64,000 nt of DNA from the IMG/VR virus record IMGVR_UViG_3300013233_000093, positions 124,001 through 188,000 of that record, one strand, 5' to 3'. This document shows positions 8,607 to 19,082 of the stretch, piece after piece. Both the position numbers and the translations under genes were made by a program. The first letter of the stretch is position 1. Every line of letters starts with the position of its first letter. Below the pieces are notes generated by a model. It worked only from the letters and a program-made list of their open reading frames with translations, had not been told where the DNA came from and did not search any database.

Positions 8607-10691
8607 TTATAATGTAGTCACGGTTGATTCGCCTGGTATGCGACTTCCCATGGAAACGTGAAAGCTCAATTTCGACTTAAGCATAGATGTGGTCAAACCA
8701 CGATTGACGTGCGCCAGCGTTACGGTTCGGTTAATACGCACTGTATCCGCTACGCATTTTGGTACAAGAGCCGGTGTGTTTTTCAAAGGTGTGCAAGTCC
8801 CAAGACCCGTTGTGCCCGTGCGTATGTGATAGTTATCCGAATGGTGCAGCTGCACACCGTTAGGCGATTTATCCGCATACCCACTGGGCATCACCGCCCT
8901 GCGGTTAGCTGACTTTATATAGTTAACACCGTAACTCGTCAGTTCCTGCACTACGTTAACCAACGCACTTGATTTCGCACTCATGCCCACAGATTGGGAA
9001 TCTATGCCCACAACATTATCGAGTATGTTTTTAAATAACGTAGTATATTCATCGGTTGTTAAGTTACTAGGCAGCTTGCGACTGTACGCCCATTCGTCCC
9101 ATGTAACAACACCGTCCACAAAGGACACGTGCTTGCTTGGTATTAACAGTCGTACACAATTCCGTACCTGTGCCCTCCGGGACATGGACACCGCCTTAAC
9201 TTCCACGGAGTGCAGTTGGTAATAAGCTTTAACCACTGCGTCTACGTACTCAGATAGATCGGTCACACTGGTCACGTCAGGCGGTGCCGGTAATGTGGAC
9301 AACAGTGTATTGGCCACGCCCTCAGTCACCAGAGATTGTTCCATTAACGATTCTAACGCACTTACGTCCGGCACTGGGTACGCGGGCGACGAGTTAAGCA
9401 ATACGTCTGGAATTACAGCGGCTGTGTCCCCCGATTTCATGCGCAATACTGAGTAGAGTAACAACACTGCAGTATCTCGCATAGTCAGTACGATGCTTTC
9501 CCTGCCGTTAATAGGCACAGTAACCGTCTTACGATAACGTTGGTTGCCTGCCATGTCCAGCCATGTGTGCAGTTGCATGGTATCGGGTTGAGCTAGGCGC
9601 TCATCTAATGTGTACTTTTGCACCATTTCCACGAGGCCTGTTGGGACAACGTCAATGGTCGTGGCGCTGATTACCCGCTGAGCGTACCTAACGTCATCTT
9701 CCACGTCAACTCGATTGTAGATGGCGTTGTCGGCAGTCTCGTCGTACAGATGTGCAACTGACCGTCTGTTAACGGGATCGATGGATGTGGTAGGCGATGT
9801 GTAATCTGACACCACCATAGAGACGCCCGTCTTGCGGTCGTCTATAAGGTGTTCCTCTGTTTGCGTTATGCCGTAACGCATCGCAGCAATGTTATTAGGC
9901 TCGGTGATGTTTGCAAGCAGGGAAGTCATAGTAGACTCCTTACCCACGTTATGTCGTAAGTAATCTATGTTGCGGTATAAATACAACGCTTGTGCGTGAG
10001 ACAAATGCTTCTTGTATTTATCCAGACGTGCCTTAGAAGCCAGTCGTACCCATATATGAAAGTCAGATGCCTGTGGTGTCTGTGATGTACGCAGTCGTAT
10101 AGACATCACCGCAGGTACCATCTGTTGATATAAGGTACCTATACGCGCAGCCATATACAGCGGGTCTGTTACGCTGTAGGACGGGTTATGCCACCTAGAC
10201 ATCGTGGCCGCCACCCAGCCCTGCAACTCCGTTATAAGACTGCCCTCGCCCTCACCCACGTAGTTCGCGTTGTAATGCAGGATAGCATGGTCAGCAGCAG
10301 CGAACGCTTTATCGAAAGGTACCGGATTAAAGATGCTGCGAATTAGACTTGCGCTGGCGGGATTGGCCTCGAGCAGTTTAGCGTGCAACAGCCCGTTAGG
10401 ACCGTACTCGCTGGCAGTCAGTGGATGCGCCAGTAAATTATCCATCGACAGTAACACCTCTTCGCCTGTATCACTTGACGTCACGTACACAGGCGCATCT
10501 GTAAAGTGATACTCACCGCGCAAGTTGACGTAATACTTCCACTGTTCTGGGTCTTCTCCAGGCTCGTGTCCCAGCATTCTTAAATAATTATTAATAATTT
10601 CAATTGTGTGATCGGACTTAATCACAACGCTCCGCACCAAGGAGATGCATTTATTTATGTAATCTTCATATCTAGCATCCACGTTATACAT
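8607..10691 (-). CDS. Virion structural protein (phiKZ gp128-like)
   Basis: 694 aa; WKYYVNLRGEYH..D and LYLYRNIDYL..NVGK motifs; divergent from the portal gene. Confidence 0.7.
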   Translation of the reverse strand: MYNVDARYEDYINKCISLVRSVVIKSDHTIEIINNYLRMLGHEPGEDPEQWKYYVNLRGEYHFTDAPVYVTSSDTGEEVLLSMDNLLAHPLTASEYGPNGLLHAKLLEANPASASLIRSIFNPVPFDKAFAAADHAILHYNANYVGEGEGSLITELQGWVAATMSRWHNPSYSVTDPLYMAARIGTLYQQMVPAVMSIRLRTSQTPQASDFHIWVRLASKARLDKYKKHLSHAQALYLYRNIDYLRHNVGKESTMTSLLANITEPNNIAAMRYGITQTEEHLIDDRKTGVSMVVSDYTSPTTSIDPVNRRSVAHLYDETADNAIYNRVDVEDDVRYAQRVISATTIDVVPTGLVEMVQKYTLDERLAQPDTMQLHTWLDMAGNQRYRKTVTVPINGRESIVLTMRDTAVLLLYSVLRMKSGDTAAVIPDVLLNSSPAYPVPDVSALESLMEQSLVTEGVANTLLSTLPAPPDVTSVTDLSEYVDAVVKAYYQLHSVEVKAVSMSRRAQVRNCVRLLIPSKHVSFVDGVVTWDEWAYSRKLPSNLTTDEYTTLFKNILDNVVGIDSQSVGMSAKSSALVNVVQELTSYGVNYIKSANRRAVMPSGYADKSPNGVQLHHSDNYHIRTGTTGLGTCTPLKNTPALVPKCVADTVRINRTVTLAHVNRGLTTSMLKSKLSFHVSMGSRIPGESTVTTL

Positions 10692-10754
10692 GCCCCTAAA
10701 GTTTGGTTAATTACCTATTCATAGGATAGTTCCCGTATATAGAGAGTAAAAACA

Positions 10755-13169
10755 ATGGCTAAACGTAAAAAATCACCTAAGACTAAGGTGTCGAAGGCTG
10801 AGCTTAAAAACGCACTAAAGGTTTCGGCCAGCTTAATCGTCCCGCGTAAGAAAACCGCACCACGTAAAGGAAACGCAGGTGCATTGACGAGCGTCATTAC
10901 CAATGCACTGAACACCACAGGTAAGGGCGTCAGTGAGAACAAGTTAATGATGCGCTTGTTGCCAGACCTAGAGGTTGTAGCCAACATCACCGTGGGGTCT
11001 GTACTGGCGCCCAAGGATCTACTGGATCCCAGCTTACACTTCACGTTAGATATACCACCGGATAGAAAGGCACCTTCCCCAGAGGTATTGTCGTATGTAT
11101 CGAATCACTTCACAAACGAATCGGGTTACAACCTCCTGTCGAAGCTTCGTACGATCTTAAGAGACGCGTTGTTTGAGGAGGGCGCACATGCTTCCATTAT
11201 CTTGCCAGCTAAGACACTAGAAGATTTCTCTGCCATGGCCAGAGCTGAACTGGCAAAGGTACACGTAACGGAGAAGGGCGGTAAACTCGGTGCCCTGTCG
11301 TATGGCATGCAGTCACTGCAATTAGCAGCAACCTCCGCTGTAAATGAAATGATGCAGTACGGACTTGTGTCTGGAGATACAAAATACGGCTTCGATGTAT
11401 GTGACAATCCTGCAGTACTGCGAGCACCTGAAACTGTGACCAGTTCTGTAAGCGATATGTACGCCACTGCAGTAGGGACACAGTCCATCACTAAAGCAGG
11501 TGGATACACTTCAGTGACAGCGGGTAAAACTCCAGACGGCGAGCCGCTCGTGCTGCGCGTGCCTATGGACAGCATAGCGCCTGTTTACAGCAACGGCGAT
11601 ACGATTGGTTACTACCTGTTGTTAGACGATCAAGGCCGTCCTGTTTCAAAGATACAACACGGGGCAGCGGGGGAACGTGTTCAGCGCGAGTTAAATAGAA
11701 TGTCTAAGGAGAACATCCTTGGAGGCATACTGTCCGCCGTTGGCATTCGCCAGAGTACAGACACAAACAAACCCAATGCAGCCGTGATGTTAAACGAGTA
11801 TGAAAATGTACTTGACGCAGAATTGGCAGCGCAACTTAACAAGTCAGGTGTATTCGGTAAAGACGTGACGGTAAGTCATCCCACGGGTTTTGCCCGTACT
11901 ATGTTTTATCGCGCACTGCGCAGCACTAAAACGAGAATGCTATTTGTCCCGACGTCTCTGGTGGCCTACTATGCACACAGACGCAACGAGTTTGGTTTAG
12001 GCGAAAGCTTGCTGGAGTCCACCAAGGCGTACGGCGTCATGCGGGTAACATTGTTGCTTGCTCACGTCATGAGTGGCGTGAAGGCGTCCGTGGGCAGAAC
12101 CATACTTGACGTGACGTTAGACGAAGATGACAACGATCCTGAAGCTACTGTGTCGGCGTCAGTGGCCAACTATGCGTCATATCAAACAGATCTGGTGTCC
12201 TTTAACATGCAGCAGTTTGATGGCTTGGCTGCATCGCTTAACCGTGCATCATTAGATGTGAATGTAGACGGCGGAGATATCTTCCCCGGCACAAAAACCG
12301 AACTACGGGATGCATCAAGATCGCCCATTGATCCAGATACGGATACACTAGACGAGTTGAAGATGATGCAGTACATGGGCATAGGCGGCCTTTTACCCGA
12401 GTTGGTATCCAGTGTGATATCTGGAGACACCGCCACTGCAGTGACGACTCGCTCAGAACTCTTTGCAAAGACAATCATCGACATTGGCGATGGGTTTAGT
12501 GAGTACCTTACAGAGTTTGTGAGGAACTACATCAAGAACAGCGAACTGCTCACCAAAAAGATCAAAGAAGGTTTGGGTAAAGACATGGACGCAAGCGAAT
12601 GGATCGACTCGCTTAGAGTCAAGATCCCTCGACCTGACCTAGTTAAGATTAAGGCGCAGGGCGAGGCATTAAATGAGTTTAAGTCCTATGTGGAAGACGC
12701 CATCGAGGCCTTTGTCAGTGAAGACATGGTAGATTCGTTGTTCGACGGTGACGTCGACTCACGCATGATGGCCACCATACAAGAAGGCGCTAAGGGCGTG
12801 ATCATCCGTAACTGGATGGCTAAGCAAAACATGTTACCTGAAATGGTTAACGCCTTTAGTACGGACGGCGATGTGATGGGCGACGCGATCGTAGATCACA
12901 ACAACCTTCTTCTAGATGTACTCAAGCCGGTACTGCTCACCATGCTTAAGAAGGAAGTGAAACTTGCTAAGCGTATGGAGAAGGCTAAAGAAGATCCTGC
13001 TGAGGAAGAAGCAGCCGCAGAGGCGGAGGCTAATGATCCTGCCGCTGGCGGCGATGACGCTGGCGGCGAGACACCGCCCACTGACGACGCAGGCGGTGAC
13101 GCATCCGTTGAACCAGGCGCAGCCGACGACGGTGCCCCGGGCGGAGCTGATCCATTCGACATGGGGTAA
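10755..13169 (+). CDS. Portal protein (phiKZ gp129-like)
   Basis: 804 aa; LLPDLE....I.VGSVL.PKDL, GYYLLLDDQGRP, YYA...NEFG.G.SLL motifs; acidic Gly-rich tail; gene order. Confidence 0.7.
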   Translation: MAKRKKSPKTKVSKAELKNALKVSASLIVPRKKTAPRKGNAGALTSVITNALNTTGKGVSENKLMMRLLPDLEVVANITVGSVLAPKDLLDPSLHFTLDIPPDRKAPSPEVLSYVSNHFTNESGYNLLSKLRTILRDALFEEGAHASIILPAKTLEDFSAMARAELAKVHVTEKGGKLGALSYGMQSLQLAATSAVNEMMQYGLVSGDTKYGFDVCDNPAVLRAPETVTSSVSDMYATAVGTQSITKAGGYTSVTAGKTPDGEPLVLRVPMDSIAPVYSNGDTIGYYLLLDDQGRPVSKIQHGAAGERVQRELNRMSKENILGGILSAVGIRQSTDTNKPNAAVMLNEYENVLDAELAAQLNKSGVFGKDVTVSHPTGFARTMFYRALRSTKTRMLFVPTSLVAYYAHRRNEFGLGESLLESTKAYGVMRVTLLLAHVMSGVKASVGRTILDVTLDEDDNDPEATVSASVANYASYQTDLVSFNMQQFDGLAASLNRASLDVNVDGGDIFPGTKTELRDASRSPIDPDTDTLDELKMMQYMGIGGLLPELVSSVISGDTATAVTTRSELFAKTIIDIGDGFSEYLTEFVRNYIKNSELLTKKIKEGLGKDMDASEWIDSLRVKIPRPDLVKIKAQGEALNEFKSYVEDAIEAFVSEDMVDSLFDGDVDSRMMATIQEGAKGVIIRNWMAKQNMLPEMVNAFSTDGDVMGDAIVDHNNLLLDVLKPVLLTMLKKEVKLAKRMEKAKEDPAEEEAAAEAEANDPAAGGDDAGGETPPTDDAGGDASVEPGAADDGAPGGADPFDMG

Positions 13170-13175
13170 CGTAAC

Positions 13176-13706
13176 ATGACACCATTAGTAAACTTTGATA
13201 AGGTGTGTTACGTCATACCTGTAGTCGGTACTGCCACCGTGTACATAAAACACCCGGAGTGTGATGGGACGTTATCATTGCTTGTCGATGACCCGACCAT
13301 TGTAACGCCAGCTCTGTATATGGGGTTTACCGTAGACACGACACATTTGTTTGTGTTATCAGAAACCTCTGAAGGATGGACTGTGCAAGTGTATACCCAC
13401 GACACGGATGAATGGTCGTTTAAGCGTGCAGTGGCGCTGCCGACAGGCGACGCCCCTTTAGTAGAGTACCTTTATGCAATGAATCGGCTATTCGTGTGCG
13501 TTACGTACACCGATGTTATGACCGCGTACGATGTCTCTGTGGCTGGTACACAGCCAGCGACTGTGGATCGACGGGTTACTTCTGTGTGCGAATCCATTAG
13601 GTACGCCACAGATAACGAGGAGTGGCAGCGGAAAGAGATGGAGCTGCAAGCCTCCGCTAAGGAGATCCTTGTGGCGAAGTCTAAAGCGCAAGCAAAGGAG
13701 TCCTAG
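13176..13706 (+). CDS. Beta-rich hypothetical protein (partial propeller-like)
   Basis: 176 aa; repeated strands such as WTVQVYTHDTDEWSF. Confidence 0.7.
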   Translation: MTPLVNFDKVCYVIPVVGTATVYIKHPECDGTLSLLVDDPTIVTPALYMGFTVDTTHLFVLSETSEGWTVQVYTHDTDEWSFKRAVALPTGDAPLVEYLYAMNRLFVCVTYTDVMTAYDVSVAGTQPATVDRRVTSVCESIRYATDNEEWQRKEMELQASAKEILVAKSKAQAKES

Positions 13707-13730
13707 TTCAGTAATGGACAGGATATCACT

Positions 13731-14456
13731 ATGACTAAATCATACCAAACGGTCAACTCGGCATCTTGTGATAACACTATACAGGTAATGTCGGATCGTG
13801 GTGTGGATGGTGTAGTGGACGTGGTGCGGGTTGTAAAGCGCAGTGGCAAGTGTCTGGCGGAGATAGGTAAGGCTATGCCTCCTGTCACGTTAAGAGGCTT
13901 AATGGTGCCTGGTATTGAAGGGATTGTGCACACGCTGTTTGGCATGCATCAGACCCTCTCTCCTAACGGCGAGTGGTTATGTGTGTCAAGCGATGTAATG
14001 ATTGACGGGATTGATTCCGGCATGACGTTGCATATGTACACAGTAAGATCGGATGGCGTAGTCTATGTCGGAAGTTTTCAGCCATTGGCTAATGACTTTG
14101 AAGAAGTAGACGACGGCTATGTCTCTATCTGTCTTTCAGACGACGGTAATATTGTTTCGGTGAGTAATACAATAGACCACACCTATTCGGATGTGGAACT
14201 GTATTGCATTTACGAGAGGGATCGCGTTGGGACTGAATGGTCATTTGTTGAGGCTATTCCCAGCGTATCCATCACGGAAGCCGGATTAGGCTACGACGCG
14301 TACGCAGATGTAGTGTCTCGTACAGCTATAACCCGCTACACATACATTTGCGAGTTCAGCGAATGTAAGTTCTTTAAACAATGGTTACTGTACACTTGTG
14401 GTGCAGCAGCCCTTACAGTGCTCATTGTAATCCCGGTTATAATGTTCATACTCTAA
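13731..14456 (+). CDS. Partial beta-propeller protein with C-terminal TM anchor
   Basis: LSPNGEWLCVS and LSDDGNIVSVS blade motifs; C-terminal hydrophobic helix. Confidence 0.75.
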   Translation: MTKSYQTVNSASCDNTIQVMSDRGVDGVVDVVRVVKRSGKCLAEIGKAMPPVTLRGLMVPGIEGIVHTLFGMHQTLSPNGEWLCVSSDVMIDGIDSGMTLHMYTVRSDGVVYVGSFQPLANDFEEVDDGYVSICLSDDGNIVSVSNTIDHTYSDVELYCIYERDRVGTEWSFVEAIPSVSITEAGLGYDAYADVVSRTAITRYTYICEFSECKFFKQWLLYTCGAAALTVLIVIPVIMFIL

Positions 14457-14459
14457 GGC

Positions 14460-14657
14460 GTGGATATGAAGCGGAGAGATAAGGTGTTTGTTATGTTCAT
14501 TGGCGTTACATTTAGCGTCATCGTGATGCTTACTACGGTGTTGGTCAATGTTAACATACGCAATGCAGCTAATGTGGAGTTGGAACGATCCGCAGCACGC
14601 GAGGCATGTTTAAATGTCTTACGTGATGTGGGTAATACTACTGGGTCAGCGAATTGA
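14460..14657 (+). CDS. Small single-TM protein
   Basis: 65 aa; VFVMFIGVTFSVIVMLTTVLV. Confidence 0.65.
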   Translation: MDMKRRDKVFVMFIGVTFSVIVMLTTVLVNVNIRNAANVELERSAAREACLNVLRDVGNTTGSAN

Positions 14658-14678
14658 CCTGCTCTTTAGGAGCAAGAT

Positions 14679-15266
14679 ATGCACAACCATATGTCAGAAA
14701 CATCCACCAGAACCTGCGTTTACGGCGGAGACGTCAGAGCGCAATCTGATCCATCACGAGCCAGTGGCTCTGGTAAAGTGGAGATTTCGAGGCGTGGTGA
14801 TAACGGTGCGTGGAAGCCAGTAGCGGAGCTAAGGAGTAACGTCTCCAATGATGCGTTTTTCGGTACCTCCATCGGCATAACCCGAGACGGTAAATTTCTG
14901 GTTGTGGCCTCCACTGTGGTGAATCGTCACTCAGCTATGAAGGGCATAGTCAGTATTTTTGAAAACGCTAAGGCAAATGCATGGGTGCAGGTCGGCGGGA
15001 TCTCTATAGATCTCAGTCCGTATAAGCAAAGCACCACGGCATTCGATGACGCGTTGTTTCTTTCCGATGATAGAAGGCTTATCTCAATTGGAGGAGACAC
15101 GGGGGATCGTATACGCACACCTTTAATTTACGAGTACAGTTACACACAACGAAGCTGGGTACGGCGTTCAGGTGAGGCACCTGCCGAACCGTTAAGACGC
15201 AAGCTTACGTCATGGCATATTCTACTGGGGTGTGTTCTCGTTGTACCGTTGCTGTATTACGTTTAG
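14679..15266 (+). CDS. FG-GAP-like partial propeller with C-terminal TM anchor
   Basis: GSGKVEI, FFGTSIGITRDGKFLVVA, LSDDRRLISIG; C-terminal WHILLGCVLVVPLLYYV; AGGAG RBS. Confidence 0.8.
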   Translation: MHNHMSETSTRTCVYGGDVRAQSDPSRASGSGKVEISRRGDNGAWKPVAELRSNVSNDAFFGTSIGITRDGKFLVVASTVVNRHSAMKGIVSIFENAKANAWVQVGGISIDLSPYKQSTTAFDDALFLSDDRRLISIGGDTGDRIRTPLIYEYSYTQRSWVRRSGEAPAEPLRRKLTSWHILLGCVLVVPLLYYV

Positions 15267-15274
15267 GAGGTACT

Positions 15275-15808
15275 GTGTACGATTTCTATTCGCGCGTTAT
15301 TTTAGCCGCACAACGCGGCAAGCCTGATCCAAACGTCACTATAGTGTTTACCTCTGACGGGGCGCACGCTGCAATGGGGTTATATGGGTATAAAGGTGGG
15401 GAAGGGGCACTGCATTTGTTTAAGAGTGCGGACAGTGACTGGATACGGTGTTCTACGGTTACCGGCGGAGATACGTCCCTTACTTTAGCTAAACACCTAG
15501 CAATGTCTCCCAACGGCAGGTATCTGGCATGTACGTTATCGGACGTCAGTACAGGCAGTTGGCATGCGGTACGGTTGTTTCGCGTTACCCCCACGCACAA
15601 GCTCGTGTTGTGTGGCGAGACGTCGTTGACAGCAAACGATGAATGTGCGCTGTCTGTGACAGATGACGGCGAGTACGTCAACGTCTGTCATATAGGGACG
15701 TCGGAGTCGGTGTGCATGTGCACGCCACGGCAAAGTACTGGATACGGGACATTACCGTATTTGTTTGCTGGCGCGTTGGTGTCAGCAGCGGCTTTGTTGT
15801 TTATTTAA
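15275..15808 (+). CDS. FG-GAP-like partial propeller with C-terminal TM anchor
   Basis: Start moved to GTG 15275 after AGGAGG; FTSDGAHAAMG, MSPNGRYLAC, VTDDGEYV; C-terminal TM. Confidence 0.75.
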   Translation: MYDFYSRVILAAQRGKPDPNVTIVFTSDGAHAAMGLYGYKGGEGALHLFKSADSDWIRCSTVTGGDTSLTLAKHLAMSPNGRYLACTLSDVSTGSWHAVRLFRVTPTHKLVLCGETSLTANDECALSVTDDGEYVNVCHIGTSESVCMCTPRQSTGYGTLPYLFAGALVSAAALLFI

Positions 15809-15826
15809 CATGCACGGTTTACGCTT

Positions 15827-16339
15827 ATGAACAATTTAGTAGACGATAATCGGAGGATATTTAAACATTCACCGGACCGGCCTTTGTCGGTGTCGAACAA
15901 TGGGAGATACGTAATCACTTCAGATCCTTACAATCTCCGTTTCGGAAACGTGATGATCTATCGTGACGTGGACAATTCGTATGAAGTTGTGGGTGAGATT
16001 CCCAATCCCAAGTCCGTAAGTGGTGTAGGAGTGGCGTTAGCGATATCGGATAGTGGTGTGTGGGCAGTCGTGGGCGTGCAGTTAGAAGGTTGTCTTCACT
16101 GTGATAGGTACACGTATTTGAATAAGCAGTGGGTGGCGAGTACACCTATTGTGATAACAAATGCAAGTGGTTGCAGAACCACAGTACAGGTCACAGATGA
16201 CGGCGGCTTGATATGTTACTCCAGAGACCCTCTTGGGTTTCCGGCGAGTAAGCGCGTACTTACGCCGATTTTTATAGGCGGTGCAGTGACGGCGACATTG
16301 TTGTTGACCTGTTCCATCTTAGTCGGATACTTTCTTTAG
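15827..16339 (+). CDS. FG-GAP-like partial propeller with C-terminal TM anchor
   Basis: VSNNGRYVI, GVALAISDSGVWAVVG, VTDDGGLI; C-terminal TM. Confidence 0.75.
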   Translation: MNNLVDDNRRIFKHSPDRPLSVSNNGRYVITSDPYNLRFGNVMIYRDVDNSYEVVGEIPNPKSVSGVGVALAISDSGVWAVVGVQLEGCLHCDRYTYLNKQWVASTPIVITNASGCRTTVQVTDDGGLICYSRDPLGFPASKRVLTPIFIGGAVTATLLLTCSILVGYFL

Positions 16340-16354
16340 ACAGGAGTATGCATT

Positions 16355-16570
16355 ATGCAAAAACGTTCCAAGTTGGGCGTTGTACTACATAAAGCTTTTC
16401 GTGATAACTTAAAGAAATCCCTGGCAGGTGCCAGCGTAGCGGTCATCGCGTTGGCCTGGTGTTTAAACGCCGGGTACGAATGGCAGTGTGTCCGTGACCC
16501 ATCCTTTGCAGGCTGTCAGTACATTACTGTCGCGCCATTGGTGGAAGTCGACGCCATACCAAGGGGTTAA
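16355..16570 (+). CDS. Small membrane protein
   Basis: 71 aa; AGGAG RBS; central hydrophobic segment. Confidence 0.65.
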   Translation: MQKRSKLGVVLHKAFRDNLKKSLAGASVAVIALAWCLNAGYEWQCVRDPSFAGCQYITVAPLVEVDAIPRG

Positions 16571-16601
16571 ACGAAGCACACATTTTCATTGACGATGTAT
16601 T

Positions 16602-16641
16602 ATAGTAGCCGGGTAATCCGGCTACTATCCTTTTATGCCGT
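16602..16641 (+). terminator. Hairpin + TATGCCGT
   Basis: atagtagccgg-gtaat-ccggctactat, TATGCCGT at 16634-16641. Confidence 0.8.
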
Positions 16642-16681
16642 CTACTATGTTTTGTATACATCACTAACTATGGATTAAACA

Positions 16682-17569
16682 ATGAACATCAGTTGCGCAC
16701 TTAACGGCATTTTAGGCCACGTGGGAGTAGACGAGTCAGGCATGCATGCCGTGGTGTCCGTCGAGGGTAAGATAGCTACATATCGCTTAGGCGACCCCGA
16801 CACAGTAGTGGACGGAGCACAGCTCACTTGTGACGGCGAGTACTTCATCGTGGCAATTACAGCTAACGCACAAACCGACCTGTTGACCTTACGTGTCCAT
16901 AAGCAACCAGGGGCGATCGATCTTACATTACAACACCGGCAGGAAATATCGTGCGTGTCTATAGACATGCGCCAGACCAGCGGGTCAGTGGCAGTAAACA
17001 TTACGCAGCGGAACTATTTGTCCAACAGCTTTAGTAAGTCCACTTATGTTATTTACTCAGGTGATTTGATTGCGGTTACTGTGGGACTGGATTACGTATT
17101 TGATTACGATAAAAACGGTTATGTACTGGGCATGTGCGATGGTGTATTAACGCGGACACATACAGACAGTAATGGCTTCACAAACATCAACTCACTGATC
17201 CCTGACATTATTGAAGGTTACAACATAGCAGGGTTACGCATCAATGACAACGATTTGGTCAGTATTGCGCTAAGCTCACCATGTCCTGGAGGTGTTTGGC
17301 ATTCCATTCTAATCGTTAACTACGTTACAGGCGAGGTGTACGACGATTCCTACATCCCATCTGTCCATTCTGAAGACACACTGGCCATACCTGCCTCTTC
17401 GCCCAATACGTTTATCTACACAAACGACTATCACGTGAAGGAAGGCAGAATGGATACCTTTATAGGGTTGAACTCGTGGGCGTATATTAACCTGGAGAAG
17501 ATAGGCGTCATTAGGGAAAACACCGGACTGGCTGCGTTGGAAGCAAAGAAACGAGTAGTGATGCAATAA
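16682..17569 (+). CDS. Beta-rich hypothetical protein
   Basis: 295-aa ORF filling the space between a terminator and a promoter. Confidence 0.75.
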   Translation: MNISCALNGILGHVGVDESGMHAVVSVEGKIATYRLGDPDTVVDGAQLTCDGEYFIVAITANAQTDLLTLRVHKQPGAIDLTLQHRQEISCVSIDMRQTSGSVAVNITQRNYLSNSFSKSTYVIYSGDLIAVTVGLDYVFDYDKNGYVLGMCDGVLTRTHTDSNGFTNINSLIPDIIEGYNIAGLRINDNDLVSIALSSPCPGGVWHSILIVNYVTGEVYDDSYIPSVHSEDTLAIPASSPNTFIYTNDYHVKEGRMDTFIGLNSWAYINLEKIGVIRENTGLAALEAKKRVVMQ

Positions 17570-17570
17570 A

Positions 17571-17629
17571 CCTCACCGTTTATTCAAAACTATATCACTA
17601 TTATGATGGACAACGTGTTGTTGTCTTTA
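17571..17629 (+). promoter_or_regulatory. Early promoter cassette copy 3
   Basis: cctcaccgtt TATTCAAAACTATATCACTATTATGA tggacaacgtgttgttgtcttta. Confidence 0.9.
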
Positions 17630-17662
17630 CAGCCCTGGCATTTAACAAGAGTATTATAGGTT

Positions 17663-18235
17663 ATGAGCAAGCGATCCGCCCAAGTAAGGGTGCAGGATGC
17701 ATTAGCGATATTAAACCCTGGCGGGTCTTTGCATGCATCCGTATTTTCAGAAGACGGCAGTACATTCGTTACTGCTCGTAACGTTCGTGGCAATAAGAAG
17801 CGTGTTGTACGCATCTTCTACAACGAGGGCAGGGGGTTTGTAGAAGCGCCTATGTTAATGATGTCCAATACGCGTGATAAAAACGTGGTCTTGGGCGAGC
17901 GCGTTGGCGTGTCCGCTAAGGGCGATGTAATCGCGGTAGGTGGAATCTTAACAGACGGCACGGCTAAGTATCACATTTACGTATACGAGAAGCAGCTTAA
18001 GGGTCCGGAGTGGATACTTACTTCTGACGTAGAAATAGTAGGATCGTTTCGAACTCAGCTGCAACTCACGAGCATAACAGTGGCATCATCCACCAGCATT
18101 TTCGCTGATCGTAAACACACCACGGGCAATCTTGTCACGCGGTTTAACATTACCAAAGATGAAGAAGGTGTATGGGACGTAACAAGCCTAGCGCATACTT
18201 CTTTAACAACAGGAGTAAACTATGAAGCACAGTGA
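17663..18235 (+). CDS. Partial beta-propeller (FG-GAP-like) early protein
   Basis: FSEDGSTFV and LGERVGVSAKGDVIAVGG motifs. Confidence 0.75.
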   Translation: MSKRSAQVRVQDALAILNPGGSLHASVFSEDGSTFVTARNVRGNKKRVVRIFYNEGRGFVEAPMLMMSNTRDKNVVLGERVGVSAKGDVIAVGGILTDGTAKYHIYVYEKQLKGPEWILTSDVEIVGSFRTQLQLTSITVASSTSIFADRKHTTGNLVTRFNITKDEEGVWDVTSLAHTSLTTGVNYEAQ

Positions 18236-19082
18236 ATTACTTGAGTATGCACGTAAGGTATTCGACGGGGAAGTAAACGCAGGTACGAGTGAAGATTCTA
18301 ATGCCGTGTATGTAGCTGTATCTAAACGCCATCGCTTTGGTGTAAACTTCTATCTCTATCAAGACGGTGTATTTACACACGTCTGTGATTACGATAAAGG
18401 TTTTGTGGATCTTGATATCCATAACAACATCGCGTACATCGTAACGGGTACCCGGTCTACCATGGATGGCGATGGTGGCACAACAATCATTCGCTTTGAC
18501 GTGTCCACAGGTAAGGAATTAGGGACGATCGTCGCACCCCTACCCATTACACTAACTGCCATCGAAGTCTCCGGTAGCGGGCTCTATGCCTTCGTAGGCG
18601 TGGTTATGAAGGATGGTGAAACCGAAAGTCACATCTACACCTATGACATATCGGAACAAGACGGTGATTTGTCAGAACGTATCGCTGTGGTAAAGGGCAA
18701 GGTTGTAGAGATCCGGTATACGTATGGACTGCTGTTATACAGCGCAGTAGTAAACGACTCATTAGAAGTCTACGTATGTTACAACCAGCCGGACACGGCC
18801 ATGTGGGTCAATCTAAGAACACCCGCTATTCTTGGTCGCGAACATAACACCGCTAGACATCCGCTGTCTGGAGGAATGGTTATGCCACTCAAGTCAGAAG
18901 GTTACTGCGTAATCGCCACTGTAGGGGACACTGCATTAGTCTGGGTGGATCCTATCCAGGAAGCAACCAGCGTCATGATCGTTGGGCCAGGTACCGTAAC
19001 GGTACCAAACGTACTCATTGCGGGTAACCGCTTTGACGGTAAAGTCATCCTCGTAAACGGAGTACTGCATCATGACCGATAA
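18222..19082 (+). CDS. Beta-propeller-like protein
   Basis: 286 aa; AGGAG RBS; IIRFDVSTGKEL and IEVSGSGLYAFVG motifs. Confidence 0.75.
   Translation: MKHSELLEYARKVFDGEVNAGTSEDSNAVYVAVSKRHRFGVNFYLYQDGVFTHVCDYDKGFVDLDIHNNIAYIVTGTRSTMDGDGGTTIIRFDVSTGKELGTIVAPLPITLTAIEVSGSGLYAFVGVVMKDGETESHIYTYDISEQDGDLSERIAVVKGKVVEIRYTYGLLLYSAVVNDSLEVYVCYNQPDTAMWVNLRTPAILGREHNTARHPLSGGMVMPLKSEGYCVIATVGDTALVWVDPIQEATSVMIVGPGTVTVPNVLIAGNRFDGKVILVNGVLHHDR
18863..18909 (+). repeat. 47-nt segment duplicated at 19325-19371
   Basis: gctgtctggaggaatggttatgccactcaagtcagaagg(t/c)tactgcg, one mismatch between copies. Confidence 0.95.
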
